A stretch of DNA of 64,000 nt from Pelomyxa schiedti (Eukaryota > Protista > Evosea): NCBI GenBank assembly GCA_020536535.1, contig JAHLWZ010000530.1, positions 62,001-126,000 on the forward strand. Direction: 5' to 3'. A program made the translations under genes and the position numbers. Shown piece after piece: positions 28,001 to 40,424 of the stretch. The stretch's first letter is position 1. Every line of letters starts with the position of its first letter. The notes under the pieces were generated by a model. The model ran no database searches. It was not told the DNA's origin and saw only the letters and a list, made by a program, of their open reading frames with translations.

Positions 28001-29510
28001 CGAGAAAGGCAGTGGTGTTGACAAGGACATTCACAAGGCAGTCTCACTTTATCAGAGGGCTGCTGATTCTGGTGATACCATGTCAATGTTCAACCTTGCT
28101 CTGTGTTATCTGAATGGAATTGGCGTGGACAAGGACATTCACAAGGCAGTCTCCCTTTATCAGAGGGCTGCTGATGCTGGTAATGCCATGGCAATGTGCA
28201 ACCTTGGTGTGCATTATGAGAATGGCAATGGTGTTTACCAAGACATTCACAAGGCAGTTTCACTTTATCAGAGAGCTGCTGATGCTGGAAGTGCCCATGC
28301 AATGCACAACCTTGGTGTGTGTTATGTGAATGGAACTGGTGTTGACAAGGATACTCACAAGGCGGTCTCACTTTATAAGAGGGCTGCTGATGCTGGTGAT
28401 GTTATGGCAATGTGCAACCTTGGTGTGCATTATGAGAACGGCAATGGTGTTGACAAGGACATTCACAAGGCAGTCTCACTTTATCAGAGGGCTGCTGATG
28501 CTTGTGATGCCCATGCAATTTGTGCCCTTGGTGTGCATTATGAGAACGGCAATGGTGTTGACAAGGACATTCACAAGGCAGTCTCCCTTTATCAGAGAGC
28601 TGCTGATGCGGGTAATGCCAATGCAATGTTCAACCTTGGTGTGTGTTATCTGAATGGAACTGGTGTTTACCAAGACATTCGCAAGGCAGTCTCCCTTTAT
28701 CAGAGGGCTTCTGATGCCGGAAATGCCAATGCAATGTACAACCTTGGTTTGTGTTATGTGAATGGAACTGGTGTTTACAAAGACATTCGCAAGGCAGTTT
28801 TTCTTTATCAGAGGGCCGCTGATGCTGGAAATGCCATGGCAATGCTCAACCTTGGTGTGTGTTATCTGAATGGAAATGGTGTGGAGAAGGACATTCACAA
28901 GGCGGTCGCACTTTATCAGAGAGCTGCTGATGCTGGTGATGCCATGGCGATGCTCAACCTTGGTGTGCATTATGAGAACGGAAATGGTGTTGACAAGGAC
29001 ATTCACAAGGCAGTCTCCCTTTATCAGAGGGCTGCTGATGCTGGTGATGCCCATGCAATGCACAACCTTGGTCTGTGTTATGACAACGGAAATGGTGTTG
29101 ACAAAGACATTCACAAGGCAGTCTCACTTTATCAGAGGGCTGCTGATGCTGGAAGTGCTGATTCAATGTGCGCCCTTGGTGTGTGTTATGTGAATGGCAA
29201 TGGTGTTGACAAGGACATTCACAAGGCAGTTTCACTTTATCAGAGGGCCGCTGATGCTGGAAGTGCCCACGCAATTCTAAACCTTGGGGTGTGTCATGAG
29301 AATGGAACTGGTGTTGACAAGGACATTCACAAGGCAGTCTCACTTTATAAGAGGGCTGCTGATGCTGGAAGTGCCAAAGCAATGTTCAACCTTGGTCTGT
29401 GTTATAGGAATGGAATTGGAGTTGACAAGGATATTCAGAGGGCTAAGTTACTACTTGAGAGAGCAGCACAGCTGGGTGATGCTAGAGCAACGCTTTCAGG
29501 GTCTGTGTAA
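25042..29510 (+). CDS. PINK1-like kinase + helical linker + 16 SEL1 repeats, multi-exon
   Basis: MGNNPS start (N-myristoylation-like). IAHGCNGIVF, VLKVPFNY, HPNINQYFCHFTDRVP, HFDIKLDN, IDLG, GNQSHRAPE, FELGCILFEL. The terminal exon carries 36-aa SEL1 repeats. Confidence 0.88.
27858..29477 (+). repeat. 15 near-identical 108-bp coding tandem repeats (SEL1)
   Basis: The unit ..GACAAGGACATTCACAAGGCAGTCTCACTTTATCAGAGGGCTGCTGATGCTGG.. recurs every 108 nt. Confidence 0.97.
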
Positions 29511-29740
29511 GCCTGGCTCATCAACCTTGGAGTTTTGGCCTCTTGCTGTGCCCACCATCCTATTGAATCACTACAACCACAAATGTCATATTAACCTCTG
29601 CCCTCTTTGGACTTTAGCATTGGAACACTTTTTTGATGACACCATTGGTGACAGTCTCCTTGATGCCCTTGTTTAGTGCCTAAGGGAAAAATTTCTTTTT
29701 TCGATTTTAAAAATCTCAGTCATTTGATTATGTGCTAGTA

Positions 29741-31734
29741 TCAATCATCGTAGCCAATTAAGGCTAGGTAGTGAGACCCATAAGCGTTGTATTCCTCCAC
29801 TGTCATCAGTTCCTTATCAGCCTCAGTTACTTCAGAGAACAACTTTGGCCGGCCTTGTACAGTCACAACAAACTGGTCCTGGCTCTCCATATTCACAGCC
29901 TGGTCATCACTCATTGCTGTTGATTTGGGGTCCTGTTGGAGGTGCGGGGGAGTCATTTGCTGCTTCTGCGGGGCCGTGGGAACCTCCGCAAGAGACAGCT
30001 GCTCAGAGTCCGAGAGTGTCACCCATTTCCCCGAAGGTAGGCTTGTTCTGGAGCGAGGCTGCGGCATTGGTGGTGCAACGGGAAGGTTCAAGTTCAGTGC
30101 GGGTGCTTCCGGAGTTGGGGAGGTGGTTCTTGTTGGGGAGTTGCTCTGTGGGTAATTCTGCTGTTGGAGGGGCCCTTTGGAGGGTAGTGTTGTGGTGCTG
30201 TTGTTCTTGTTGTTGCCGCTCCCCAGCATCAGGCTGGAGTCTCTCGACTCGAGCCATGGAACGGCTATTTTTTTGCGTGGGGGCTGGCTTTGGGGTTTTT
30301 CGGCATCATCATCCACAAATTCCACTAGGAAATCAACTTGTACAGAGGAGCCGCTTTTCGCTTTTGCCAAAAGTGTCATGTTGTAAGAGTGTGATGATGT
30401 TCCGTGAATTGAGGGTGTTGTGGGTTGTTGTACAGTGTTGGTAGACCGAGAGTGAGTCAGAGCTTGTAAATGCTCTTGTGTAGGTAAATCAAATCTGCAA
30501 AACAACGATAATAAGTGAACTTCCAAAAAAAAAAAGTGTAACAACTTTGGGATTGAAGTCAGGGCAGATACGGGAGTAGAATCAGAAACTCTTAAGAAGT
30601 CTGAGGCTTCTTTTACAAGGTCAATTACAGGTCTTATCTGTTGCCCGATTTGTTGTTGTCTTTTTTGAAGTTCAGAATCCACGTTCTTCTTCGTTTCAAC
30701 AAGAGGAGCCGCACAATGCTCACAAACTATTTGCTTGGTAGGGGAAATGCAACGAGCAAGGTCTGCTTCTGTGTATCCTCTACCACACCCAGGGCGGGGG
30801 CATAAAAAGGCGTACTCTTTCACTGTCCCACCACTTGAAGATGCTGCCGTCATGAGTAAATGTACACGAAGCATAAGTGCATAAATTGCACGCCTGTAGT
30901 CCACATACCAAAGCCTTTTTGTTCTTGGCTGGGGTTTGTGAGGCTGCTCCACTGGTGGTGGAGCTGGAGTAGAAGCTGGTGTTGGGGTTGGTGACGGCAG
31001 TCCAGAAGGTGTTGTAGTTTGAGTTTCATGTTTTGCAGTCTCCATATGTCGGTGTTGGTCAGAAACAAGGTGTGCGTTATGCAGCTCAGTCAAGGTTTTC
31101 AACACTTGTTTTGTTTGAAGGCAAAGAATTGCTGCTAGCTCACTTTCTGAAAGTAACAACTAAGGGGGTTGTACTTGTCAAAAATACACCACTAAACATT
31201 AAAGTAGAAGGAAAAGAAGAAGTACGGTGAAGAGGTGAACACCCCAAATCCCAAATAAATTAAGGAATAAAACAACAAACAAACCTTATGCCGCAAAAGT
31301 GCATCCAGAACCACTACATGTTCCGGTCTGGTTATGTGTACAAAGAGTAAACACAAAGAACCATAGGTGAAAAGGAAAAAGAAACAAAACACAAAAAAAA
31401 CAAACAAAAAAAAAAAAAAAAAACCAGGCAAACGACAGCCATACTTATAGAAACAACGAACTACAATGCGCAGCAGGTCGTCCAGCGCGTCGGCGCCAGT
31501 TCGCGCGACAACGCCGCCGTTCGACGCGGGCACAGAGGCACTTGCGAGCACAGGCGCGGGCACGGACGCAGGCGCGAGCGCGAGCACGGGCGCGGGAGCG
31601 GGCGGGGCGGTGCCGGTCCCGGTGGCCGACGTGGTCGCCGCGCCCGGCACAACTTGCTGGCCAGATCTGCTCGCCATCGGCATCGGCACGCGCGACGCTG
31701 CGCCGCTCAACGACGTCGGGGGACCCAAGTTCAT
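29741..31734 (-). CDS. GTF2E1: Transcription initiation factor IIE alpha subunit
   Basis: LLRIVVRCFY..EHVVVLDALLRH winged helix, WYVDY, zinc ribbon CPRPGC..CEHC, and C-terminal VTVQGRPKLFSEVTEADKELMTVEEYNAY. Confidence 0.9.
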
Positions 31735-31888
31735 GCCTGCCCCTGTCTGATTAGGCGCCTTGGTTTGTTATTGCGACTGAGGAAGTCAACTGGAAATGAG
31801 AGAAAACACAAGAAAAACCACAAAACAGCGGAATCGGTTTTTTTTTTTTTGGTGCACTTTCGCACAACGAGCAGGCATTCCCCCATCG

Positions 31889-34800
31889 ATGTCGGCGTCC
31901 AATTCGGTAGCGGGGGTACCGTCGTCTTCTGCCACAACTCCAGCTTCGACAACATCAGCACCAACCAAAGAGGGCGACTACAACCTCCGCCGTCGTGCGT
32001 CGACCCAAAGCGGAAGCACCAGCAAAAGCAGCGGGAAAGGCAAAGGCAAAAGCAAGGCGGCGGACAGCGACGGCGACGACGACTACGACGGCGCCGAGGA
32101 GCGGCGGAAGGAAGTTGTGGGATGTGCCGAAACCGCGGCCAGCAAGCCACGCAGGCGCCGCCACCGTGACCGGTCCCCGTCGCCGTCGTCGTCTTCCGAG
32201 TCGCCCAGCCACGAGGCCACGCCGTTGCTGCAGGCGTCGAGCAACTCCAAGTTGAAGGGACGAGGCCCAAAGGACGCCGCCGTCGCCACGATGGAGCCGG
32301 CGTCTCGGGGGCCGACCCATAATCCAGGCTCAGCTGCTACCGCCTCCGCCTCAGCCGCCGCTTCCTCGTCGCCTTCCGAGACACTTTGTGTGGGTACAAC
32401 CGCAACCGGCGGCAGCAGCAACGGCACTTATGGGTCCGGTGGATCGGGCAGGGAACAGTCCTTCTCATTTATCACAATTGACAGACGAGAAGACTTGTTG
32501 ACTGCCGGATCACAGATACAACTGGGGTTGCTGGCAGGGTCCCTGTCTGATATTAATACCGCAGAGAATCTCACGCCGAGCGATGGCTCCAAATCCGGCG
32601 AAAAGACTGACTCGCCTGGCGCGAATGTGTGCGGACTGTGGCAGGTTTACCTGAGGCCAATTGTGACACCAATTGCTAGCCCCAATTCAGTTACTGCTGC
32701 CTCTGGTAGTAGCGGCGGTTCAAATTCCCAAATCCAACTTTTGCCAATTTCTGGGGGAGCTCCGGCAGTTTCTGATGTGTCTTTGAGGTCTGCTGGTGGT
32801 TCTGAGGTCGGCGATGGAGCAACAGCTATTGAAACAGATGACACTCTAGAAGTTATTGGGAAGGTTGCTGGATTGCCTACAACAACCGTAAAGAGTGGGA
32901 CAATGTTTGATCTATTGTGTTGTTGCTCAAAGGCTATGTACACTGAGGCAGAAATGTGCTCAGCTGGTGCTACTTCTGGCCCTGAAAATGAAACTATTAC
33001 TCTCAAGTTTTCAATGTCTGAGTCATGGACTTTCTGCCTTGGATTTTACATGGTTCCTCCAACCGACTGCTCTTCTTAAATAACAACAACTAGGCTGGTG
33101 ACTCTGTTAAATTTGCTGGTGGCGCTGCCATTGAATCACCTGAATCTGATATCAGAGTCCACATCCACCAAGCAACTAAACAGGGAGTTACTGTATCTTT
33201 CGAGTCAGCACTGTTCCCTGGAACCTGGGTGGCGACTCCGGCTCTGCCATTAGACACAACCGAGATTCGAACAGTCGCTCCACTGGAGACAACACGTGAT
33301 CTGTCAAACAGAGCTTTATTTTGTACACTTCTGGCAGGACTCCGATTCCTATCTAATTTACCTAGGCATTTCACATAGTGTAAATCGACAGAGTATTCAT
33401 GAAGAGTGTCAGACGTCCCTTCACAATATCAAACAGTGGCTTATTCCAGGTTTGACTGTGTGAAATTCAATTTTTTGCTCGCTAAGACACCTCAAACAAT
33501 AACGACAACAGCTTTACAGTTGGCAAATATTCCACCAGAAAAAAGTGTGATATTAAACGCACTTACTCATATTGATTTACATAAATGGAATTTGCCTCTG
33601 GACTCTGTTCTTGTTCTCCCACGGCATCTAAAAAATACCAGGATTTTCATGTTCGAAAGTTACCTATTTTCCACTAGCAACTCAACTCCAGGGAAACACG
33701 GCTCTTTCTTTGGGGACTAGAGTACTTGGATGTACGGCCTGGTCAGGATCTTCTGCAAGTCAACGTTTCAATCGGAAAAATTGCACAAATACTCTGCTAT
33801 TTACTTCGAGATAGTAGAGATGAATTTAGTTTTACTGGCTGGGATATTGATCCAACCCTTCACCATTGGCTAAAGTAATTCCTTGTAACTTTCATTCGAG
33901 CACTGGGGAGTTCAGGCACCGTTAATCTCATTTTCCTATATAGGTTCATCTTCCGACACCGATTCAGTGAAGCCCACAAGATATCTGTGGCAGTACAAAA
34001 TTGCTTCACCTTTCCCGCAATATATAAGGGGAAATTCGACCGAATTATGTTGTGTGGCAAGGCTCCACAAACCAGATATTATCAAATGTGTTCACTACTG
34101 AAGCCTGGAGGAATTCTTGTGGTTGGGACTAGAAGGTACCAAATGCCGATTGATAAACGGCTTTTAAGGGTTGCTTTGAGACTCTTGCTGGTGGCAGGCT
34201 GTTTCAAGTGCGAAAGGCACTCGATGGTACCTTATCCCGAGTTGTAATCACCGTTTTTCATGGTTTGGACAAACTCTGTGTTTCCCATTTGATAGTTTCC
34301 ACTCAGGTATCCAAGCAGCTGAACTTCCCAATTTATTGGCTCCTCCTGTCATCTCAGAAATGCATGACAGGGTAACGAGACTCGTTTTCTCATTCAGTTT
34401 AATAGTTTTCAGGTTACACATTTCCATGGTGATCTAGATGATGAAGAAGGTAAATTGTGAGGCTTTCAAAATAAGCCAACTTTTTTTTTCTTACAGAGTT
34501 ACGACAGTGGCTGGTTTATTTTGGAGATGCCTATAATATGAACCTCAGCAAGTATGCTCCAGTCATACTCAACTCTGGGTACCCGCTCCCACTTATCAGA
34601 GAGGGTACACCTGACAGCCTGAGAGATCTCAATCAATGACATTTTCAAAATAGGTGGGGTATCGTTTGAAGATTTATCACAACTTGGAATTCCAACAGCA
34701 GACGCAACTGGCCTTGCATTTGCTATCACAAAATATTCGAAGTTCATGGAAGAGAAAACGGAAGCTGCAGCTCGCGAGACCAAACGTGTGTTCCACGCAC

Positions 34801-36291
34801 TATAGGATAACCCTTAAAAAAGAACAAAAGGAAAAGTACAGCACATCGATATTTCTGTGATCAGAGTGCATGTAGATCTCCTTCGAGTTGATGCCGTTTT
34901 ATCTGAGTTTGAGATCTTACTTGAATTAACTCTACATTATCATGATTACATCCAATGGCGATCTTTGGCGGTGATCATCTTTTAGACTTGTACTTGTGTA
35001 ATATGACAACAGGCAAAGAAAGTTTTTGGTACAGTAGAACAACCTATAAGTGTAGAAGAACTTTCTATTGCCCCACTATTGGCCTTCCCGAACGCCAAAA
35101 GCCCTGTTACCCTCATTTCTGAGGTTTAAATTTTAGTCTCCTTCTGTTTCTTGACGGCACTAGAGTGCCTGCATTGTGCCACAGACAGGAATGGTCAACC
35201 ATTCATTCGTTTTTTCTGGAGTTTTCCTCGAAATAATGGAGCTGCAAAGATTTCCATTTGATCGACAGGTGAAACTTCTCATTTAGAAAGCAAGCTAAAA
35301 ACCATTCCAATAGGTTCTACATGCAGAGTTCAAGCATGACCAAAAGCATCAACAAAACATCAGCATTTCCTGGAAAGAGCCTGACACCCCGTATTTTTCA
35401 AATCCTCCCCTTTTTCCGCTCTCAGCTAAGGCAGGAATCCTGATAACTTCACACTTGTCTCACATGATCGCGAGTGGAAGGAGGCCAACGTTGTCTCAGT
35501 GGCCTATCCACGAGGATCAGATTCCAAGTTGGTTTGTTCCCACTACTGTTTTCTGATCCTCTCTTTACCGTCTCGAAGGTCATCTCTGGAAGAGTTGAAA
35601 GTAATTTTATTTTCCCTAGTTTTTTTTACATTTATCACTGTCAGGATATTCCTCGTACTTCATGTGGAATGTTGTATTCGTGGTATGAAAACACAGATTG
35701 ACAAGGACCTTGTAACATACGTTCACAGATGTGGCTAATTGTTTCAATGTCGTTTATGACATGGGCTCTCCCCCCAGAAGAAGGAGGAGATAGACTCAGC
35801 TTGAATCTGACATTACTTCTCACATCAGTTGCCTACAAAGTAACCTTCCTTCTATTCCCATACTCCGGGACCCCGATGTAACCCGGCATGATAGTATGTC
35901 ATTGCCGGCTACCTCCCCAGGACTGCATACCTCACAATACTTGACCTCTATGTGTTGTCCTCATTCGTTCTTCTGGTCGTTGTGATTGTTGAGAACGCAG
36001 GTGCCGCGATGTGTTCCTCCCCAGCAAACAGAAATCTTGACAAAATATCTGCTATAGTCCTTGTTCCTGTATGGTTCTCCCCTTTTCTAACACAAAATGA
36101 ATTCAAAAACCAAGGTCTGGCTGATTATCAACCTCATAATGACCTTTGGCTGTATTTTTGGGATTTTCCGGCTGAACTGGGACGTTGTTGATGCCGAACA
36201 AATCGTCATCAGTGACAAGGACCGGAAGAGACACAAGAAATTCCAGGGGTTCTTGTCCCGGGGCGTTCTACATCAATCGCAAGACATTTGA
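31889..36291 (+). CDS. Multidomain Cys-less pentameric ligand-gated ion channel: low-complexity N-terminus, PCMT-like domain, SAM domain, pLGIC ECD and 4 TM
   Basis: Spliced translation gives GLEYLDVRPGQDLLQVNVSIG / FDRIMLCG..LLKPGGILV (PCMT-like); ELRQWL..LSKYAPVILNSGISINDIF..SFEDLSQLGIP (SAM); PLLAFPNA, MELQRFPFDRQ (Pro-loop), RYSSYFMWNV, GDRLSLNLTLLLTSVAYK (M2), LPRTAYLTILDLYVL (M2-M3), and M4. Confidence 0.85.
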
Positions 36292-36359
36292 AAAAGTGGG
36301 AATAGGAAAAACTGTGAAATTCCTTTTACTTTATTGTTATTGGGTCTTTTTGTATGTGT

Positions 36360-39300
36360 TTAGACGTTATCTTGTGGCTGGAGAAGACAAGTAGTCTCGT
36401 CTGTGGGGTCTTGCCCTATTGATACAAGTTTACTGTCACGGGATTTGTTCCGGCTCTGGTTAAAGCTACTTGATGTGGAAGTTGCGGCTGTTACAGAGGT
36501 AGTTGTGGTAGTGGTTGTTGGCAGTTCACTGCTAGAGTTCACACTGATCAAGAGTCCTTTGTTTGGTGACGAGTACGCGGGGTCCCGCTTGTACTCTATT
36601 GAAGTGTCATCGGGAAGGAGGGAATGTTCAGAAGGCTGGTGCTCAAAATCAAGGACATTTCTCTGAAGGCTTGGTGAATCGTAATTTAGCCCAGATTCCG
36701 CCTTTTTAAGGTGATTAGTTAGGATGCAATGAAACTGAAGTACCTGCACGACACTGAAGTGAGGCGTGTCAAGTAAAACCGAATCATCTCCCAAAGGAGA
36801 TACCTCATCAAAAACAGTGGCCGATATTTGCTGCTGGAAGTACCAATGTATGTATACCCACAAAGCAATAGTACTCACGGGAAGCACTAAACCAACCGTA
36901 CTCATAGTAAATTTCTTGAGTTCAAGGACGCCTTCATTGTATCAGGAGTTTGTACATATAATTACAACATACCAAGTGTAGTTATTTGATACATTATCAA
37001 GCTTAGTAATGTTCCATGGCAGAGCCACTGCAAGATAGAACCACCACTTTCATACTTACGTTGGAAAACAAAGCGGAGTAGATATTGACCCTTTAGTGCA
37101 ATTAGACCAATTATAACAAAAAAAGTATTACTCACTGCAATGTGTGCGAAGAAGAAATAAATGACAGCAAAAGGCACAACCATAGGAGAAAGAGAACTGA
37201 ATAGTATCCCAACAGCGAGTACCAGTAGGTTCCTAGAATAGTTGGGTACCCATGGCATGGATCCTGGGTTCGTCAATTTCCTTGTATCTGGAAACTGCAG
37301 TGAGAAATGAATACCATTAAGTGTTACCAACCTCTAGGGGTACAGTTCATTAATTTAGGTGTAATCCAGAGTCTGAGGAGGTTACCCAGGCGGGTCATAG
37401 AAAGAATGGGACCAAGTATCGTGATGAGTTGAATGTAATTGATAAAATAGGTTGCTTGTAGAGGAATGCTTAGAGCAAAGAGTTCAGCATATTCCATTAT
37501 ATCATCTAAAACCTGTTGTAATTCTGTTTTGCTTCTAAAGAAAAGGCTCTCCACTCACCATATACAAATCAGTGAACATTGACCCGGCAAGAACTGATAC
37601 AAGAATAACATTTACTACTAGGAACACAAAGTATGTAGCAGTGCCTAGAATTACAACGTCGGACCTCTGAAGCAGTAAAGGTACGTTCCAGAAGGGGAGT
37701 ACGCTTACCTTCCTGATTCCAACTTTGGAAGCAAATTTAAGAATGACAACAGGGACACTGGCAATGACTAATAAAGTAACAATTGGGGGGAGCAAGCCCT
37801 GAAGAATTCCTAGAACAACAGGACTTGTTTGAAGTAGTGCTATTCCCAGTCAAGAACGAACTTTGATAAAGAAATCTCACCTGTAAGGAAGCTAAGAAAC
37901 TCTATCTGAGAGAGGAAACTCAAGGATCCCAAGGATGCAACAAACGCCATTGGGACAGTCCAGAATAGTGTAATTCCAGACATAATTGCAATGTACCCTA
38001 TACGGCGGATAATCTTTTGTCGCCGGGGCATTAATAGTGCATGCCATACAATGTCATTTGGGTGAGGAGCTAAACAGGGTTACTGTGCGATTAGGAGTTG
38101 AAACCTAACCAGGTTTAACAAGAAATGGCTTAGAGAGATCTTCTGGGTTTGGTATAGTTTTTCGGTATGCACACACTGAAGCTGAAGCTGCAGTGGAAAA
38201 TAATACAAAGGCAAAGTTTGTGAAGCGGCTCAATTTGGCTTGCTCTTCAAACAGGGAATCTAGAAGATCATCTAAACGCCGTACTTCTCCTTGATAATAC
38301 TTGATTGAATCAACTCTCTCCCCCACACAACACAGGCAACACTTTGCACTAACGCGGTAGGTGAGAGTAGGTTGTGGTGGTGGTGGTACACGATGTGTTG
38401 GACGCTTTTTGGATTTGGATTTATTCAGTTTGAGGAGAGTCCGTTCAGCTTCAATGCACGCACGGTTTCTTGCATCTAGTGGATATTGGACAAGAATAGA
38501 AATTGAAGGAAATACCAATTGTTTGATCAATTAGTGGTATTACAACCACCCGTTTAACTGAGACTACATCAGGGAATGTGGAAAGTAGGAAATCTTGAAG
38601 CTTCTGGGCATCCCAGGTTCTTGGGACGTTCTCGAAAAATACAGCCAAATGATGTATGTCCCCAGACTTCCTGTATGCATGAAGAAGAGACACATACTGT
38701 TTTGAAATAAGCAGATTATTCCACTGGATTAGAAGATACCTTTCTGTAGAGCCATAACACCATTAACCAAACAACGGCACTGTTTACAAACATAGAGACT
38801 AAGTGTGCCCATAACAGAGGTGACCCATCTGCCACATTTGAGATTGACGTAACATCAATGCCATTTACATCAGGTGGCTCTGTGCTATCACTTGACAGAA
38901 GCTGTTGCGACTTATCACCACCAAAAATGTCAATTGGAATCAAAGTCACAACGGCTTCCACACTCAATATGAAAGAGACCAATAAACAGCCTTTCGTGAA
39001 GCTGAGGTAAAGCAGTGCATCCAGACCTTGCTCCCTAAGTACAGCAGAATCGGGCTGCCCAATGATGAGATTGTAAAACAAAGAAAGAGCGCTGCTCGGC
39101 GGCGGAACCAACCCAGTTCTTTTCTTCGGTGTAAGTAAAATTGCTAGTCCCGAGAACAGTGGAGTTTACCTTGTAGCCTTTGGGTGGTAAACCGGGCCGT
39201 ACTTTTTACGCAGGACCACAAACATCACCATCATGAACAAGGCCAACAAGCCGCAAAACACCAACGTCGTAAGAAACTCGTCCAAACTGGTGCCATTAAC

Positions 39301-39381
39301 GATCTCAATACTACTACTAGTACTGCTGTTACTCCCCTCAATGTCGCTGCTGGCGCCGCGTGGGCTGCTGAAACTGCCCAT
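36360..39381 (-). CDS. OSCA/TMEM63 (CSC1-like) mechanosensitive channel, multi-exon
   Basis: FVVLRKKYGPVYHPK, GLDALLYLSF, LWAHLVSM, FAFVLF, LFWTVPMAFV, ATYFINYI, YESGG. Confidence 0.93.
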
Positions 39382-39709
39382 TTTTTTTAAAAAAAATGAA
39401 GAACGAAGATACTGAGAGATCTCACAGAAAACTGGTGGCAGGTGCCAAACCGGGGAGTGATTCCCCTGCTTGGGTGTCACCAGCTCGGCGTGACATAAAT
39501 TTTGAAAAAAAGGTATCTACGGAGGACATCTCTCAAGGATGGTCCGAGATCTGCTGTGCCACAGGCGTTTGAACATTTGTTTGTGGGTAAGCGTATTCCA
39601 TGGGAATCAGCCTCTCAAGATTCATTGGACAGGATTACTAATCGTGACTGTGCCTTTCGAAGGTTTGGCTTGTTATATTACATAGTTAGTGGAAGTACCA
39701 GGCATGGAA

Positions 39710-40424
39710 ATGAGGATAGGGAGGATTTGCGTAGTGTTTGTGCTTATCGCTTTTGGTTGTCAGCTGGCCTCTGTAAGACAAAGTGATGTTGGAATGGAGT
39801 CACATTTTATACACTTAGGCTCAATCGGGTGGTGCTTTGGCATTTCTCCAGGATCCACTCCAAGACATAAGAAGGTATGTCGGTGTGATTTTGAGAAAGG
39901 TTACTGACGCCTTTCTCATTAAGGCTTTACACCGATGTTCAGAGGATATTCGAGTCTGCTATCAAGGATCCCACAAAGACACTATTCCAGTCGCACACAT
40001 ACGAATGTGAAACTGACAAGGTTACATTGTACTGTAATAGCACATGCAGTGAATAACATGATAATAGGAGTACGTGTTTGAGTTCGATCTGCCTGGTGTT
40101 GGACGTGAAGACGTTACTCTATCATTGCAATGTGGCGAAATTACAATCAGTGGAAACAAGCAAATCAAAGTCCGGCAGCCCCCGAAGCTCACAACAACAA
40201 AGTCCGACGAAAAGCAAGCGACAACAACCGACGAGGAGCCTCCAAAGCCAGTCAATTCGGAGTGGATCACACAAACAGTGGAGTTCACGAGGCAAGTGTC
40301 TGTGCCTGTAGGAACAACAGCGGACGACATTCACGCCATCCTCGGCGACGGCCTTCTCAAAGTCACTGTATCCAAATCCACCAAGCCATCACCTCCAGTG
40401 ATTATCCCCATACAAGCACCGTGA
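39710..40424 (+). CDS. Small heat-shock protein (HSP20) with N-terminal signal peptide
   Basis: Spliced: MRIGRICVVFVLIAFGCQLASA/QSGG..., ETDKEYVFEFDLPGVGREDV, FTRQVSVP, DGLLKVTV, C-terminal IPI. Confidence 0.88.

Noticed and set aside
27694-29676. Many repeated short ORFs in other frames and strands, superficially CRISPR-like periodicity
   Set aside because: Shadows of the 108-bp SEL1 coding repeats; there are no unique spacers and no cas genes.
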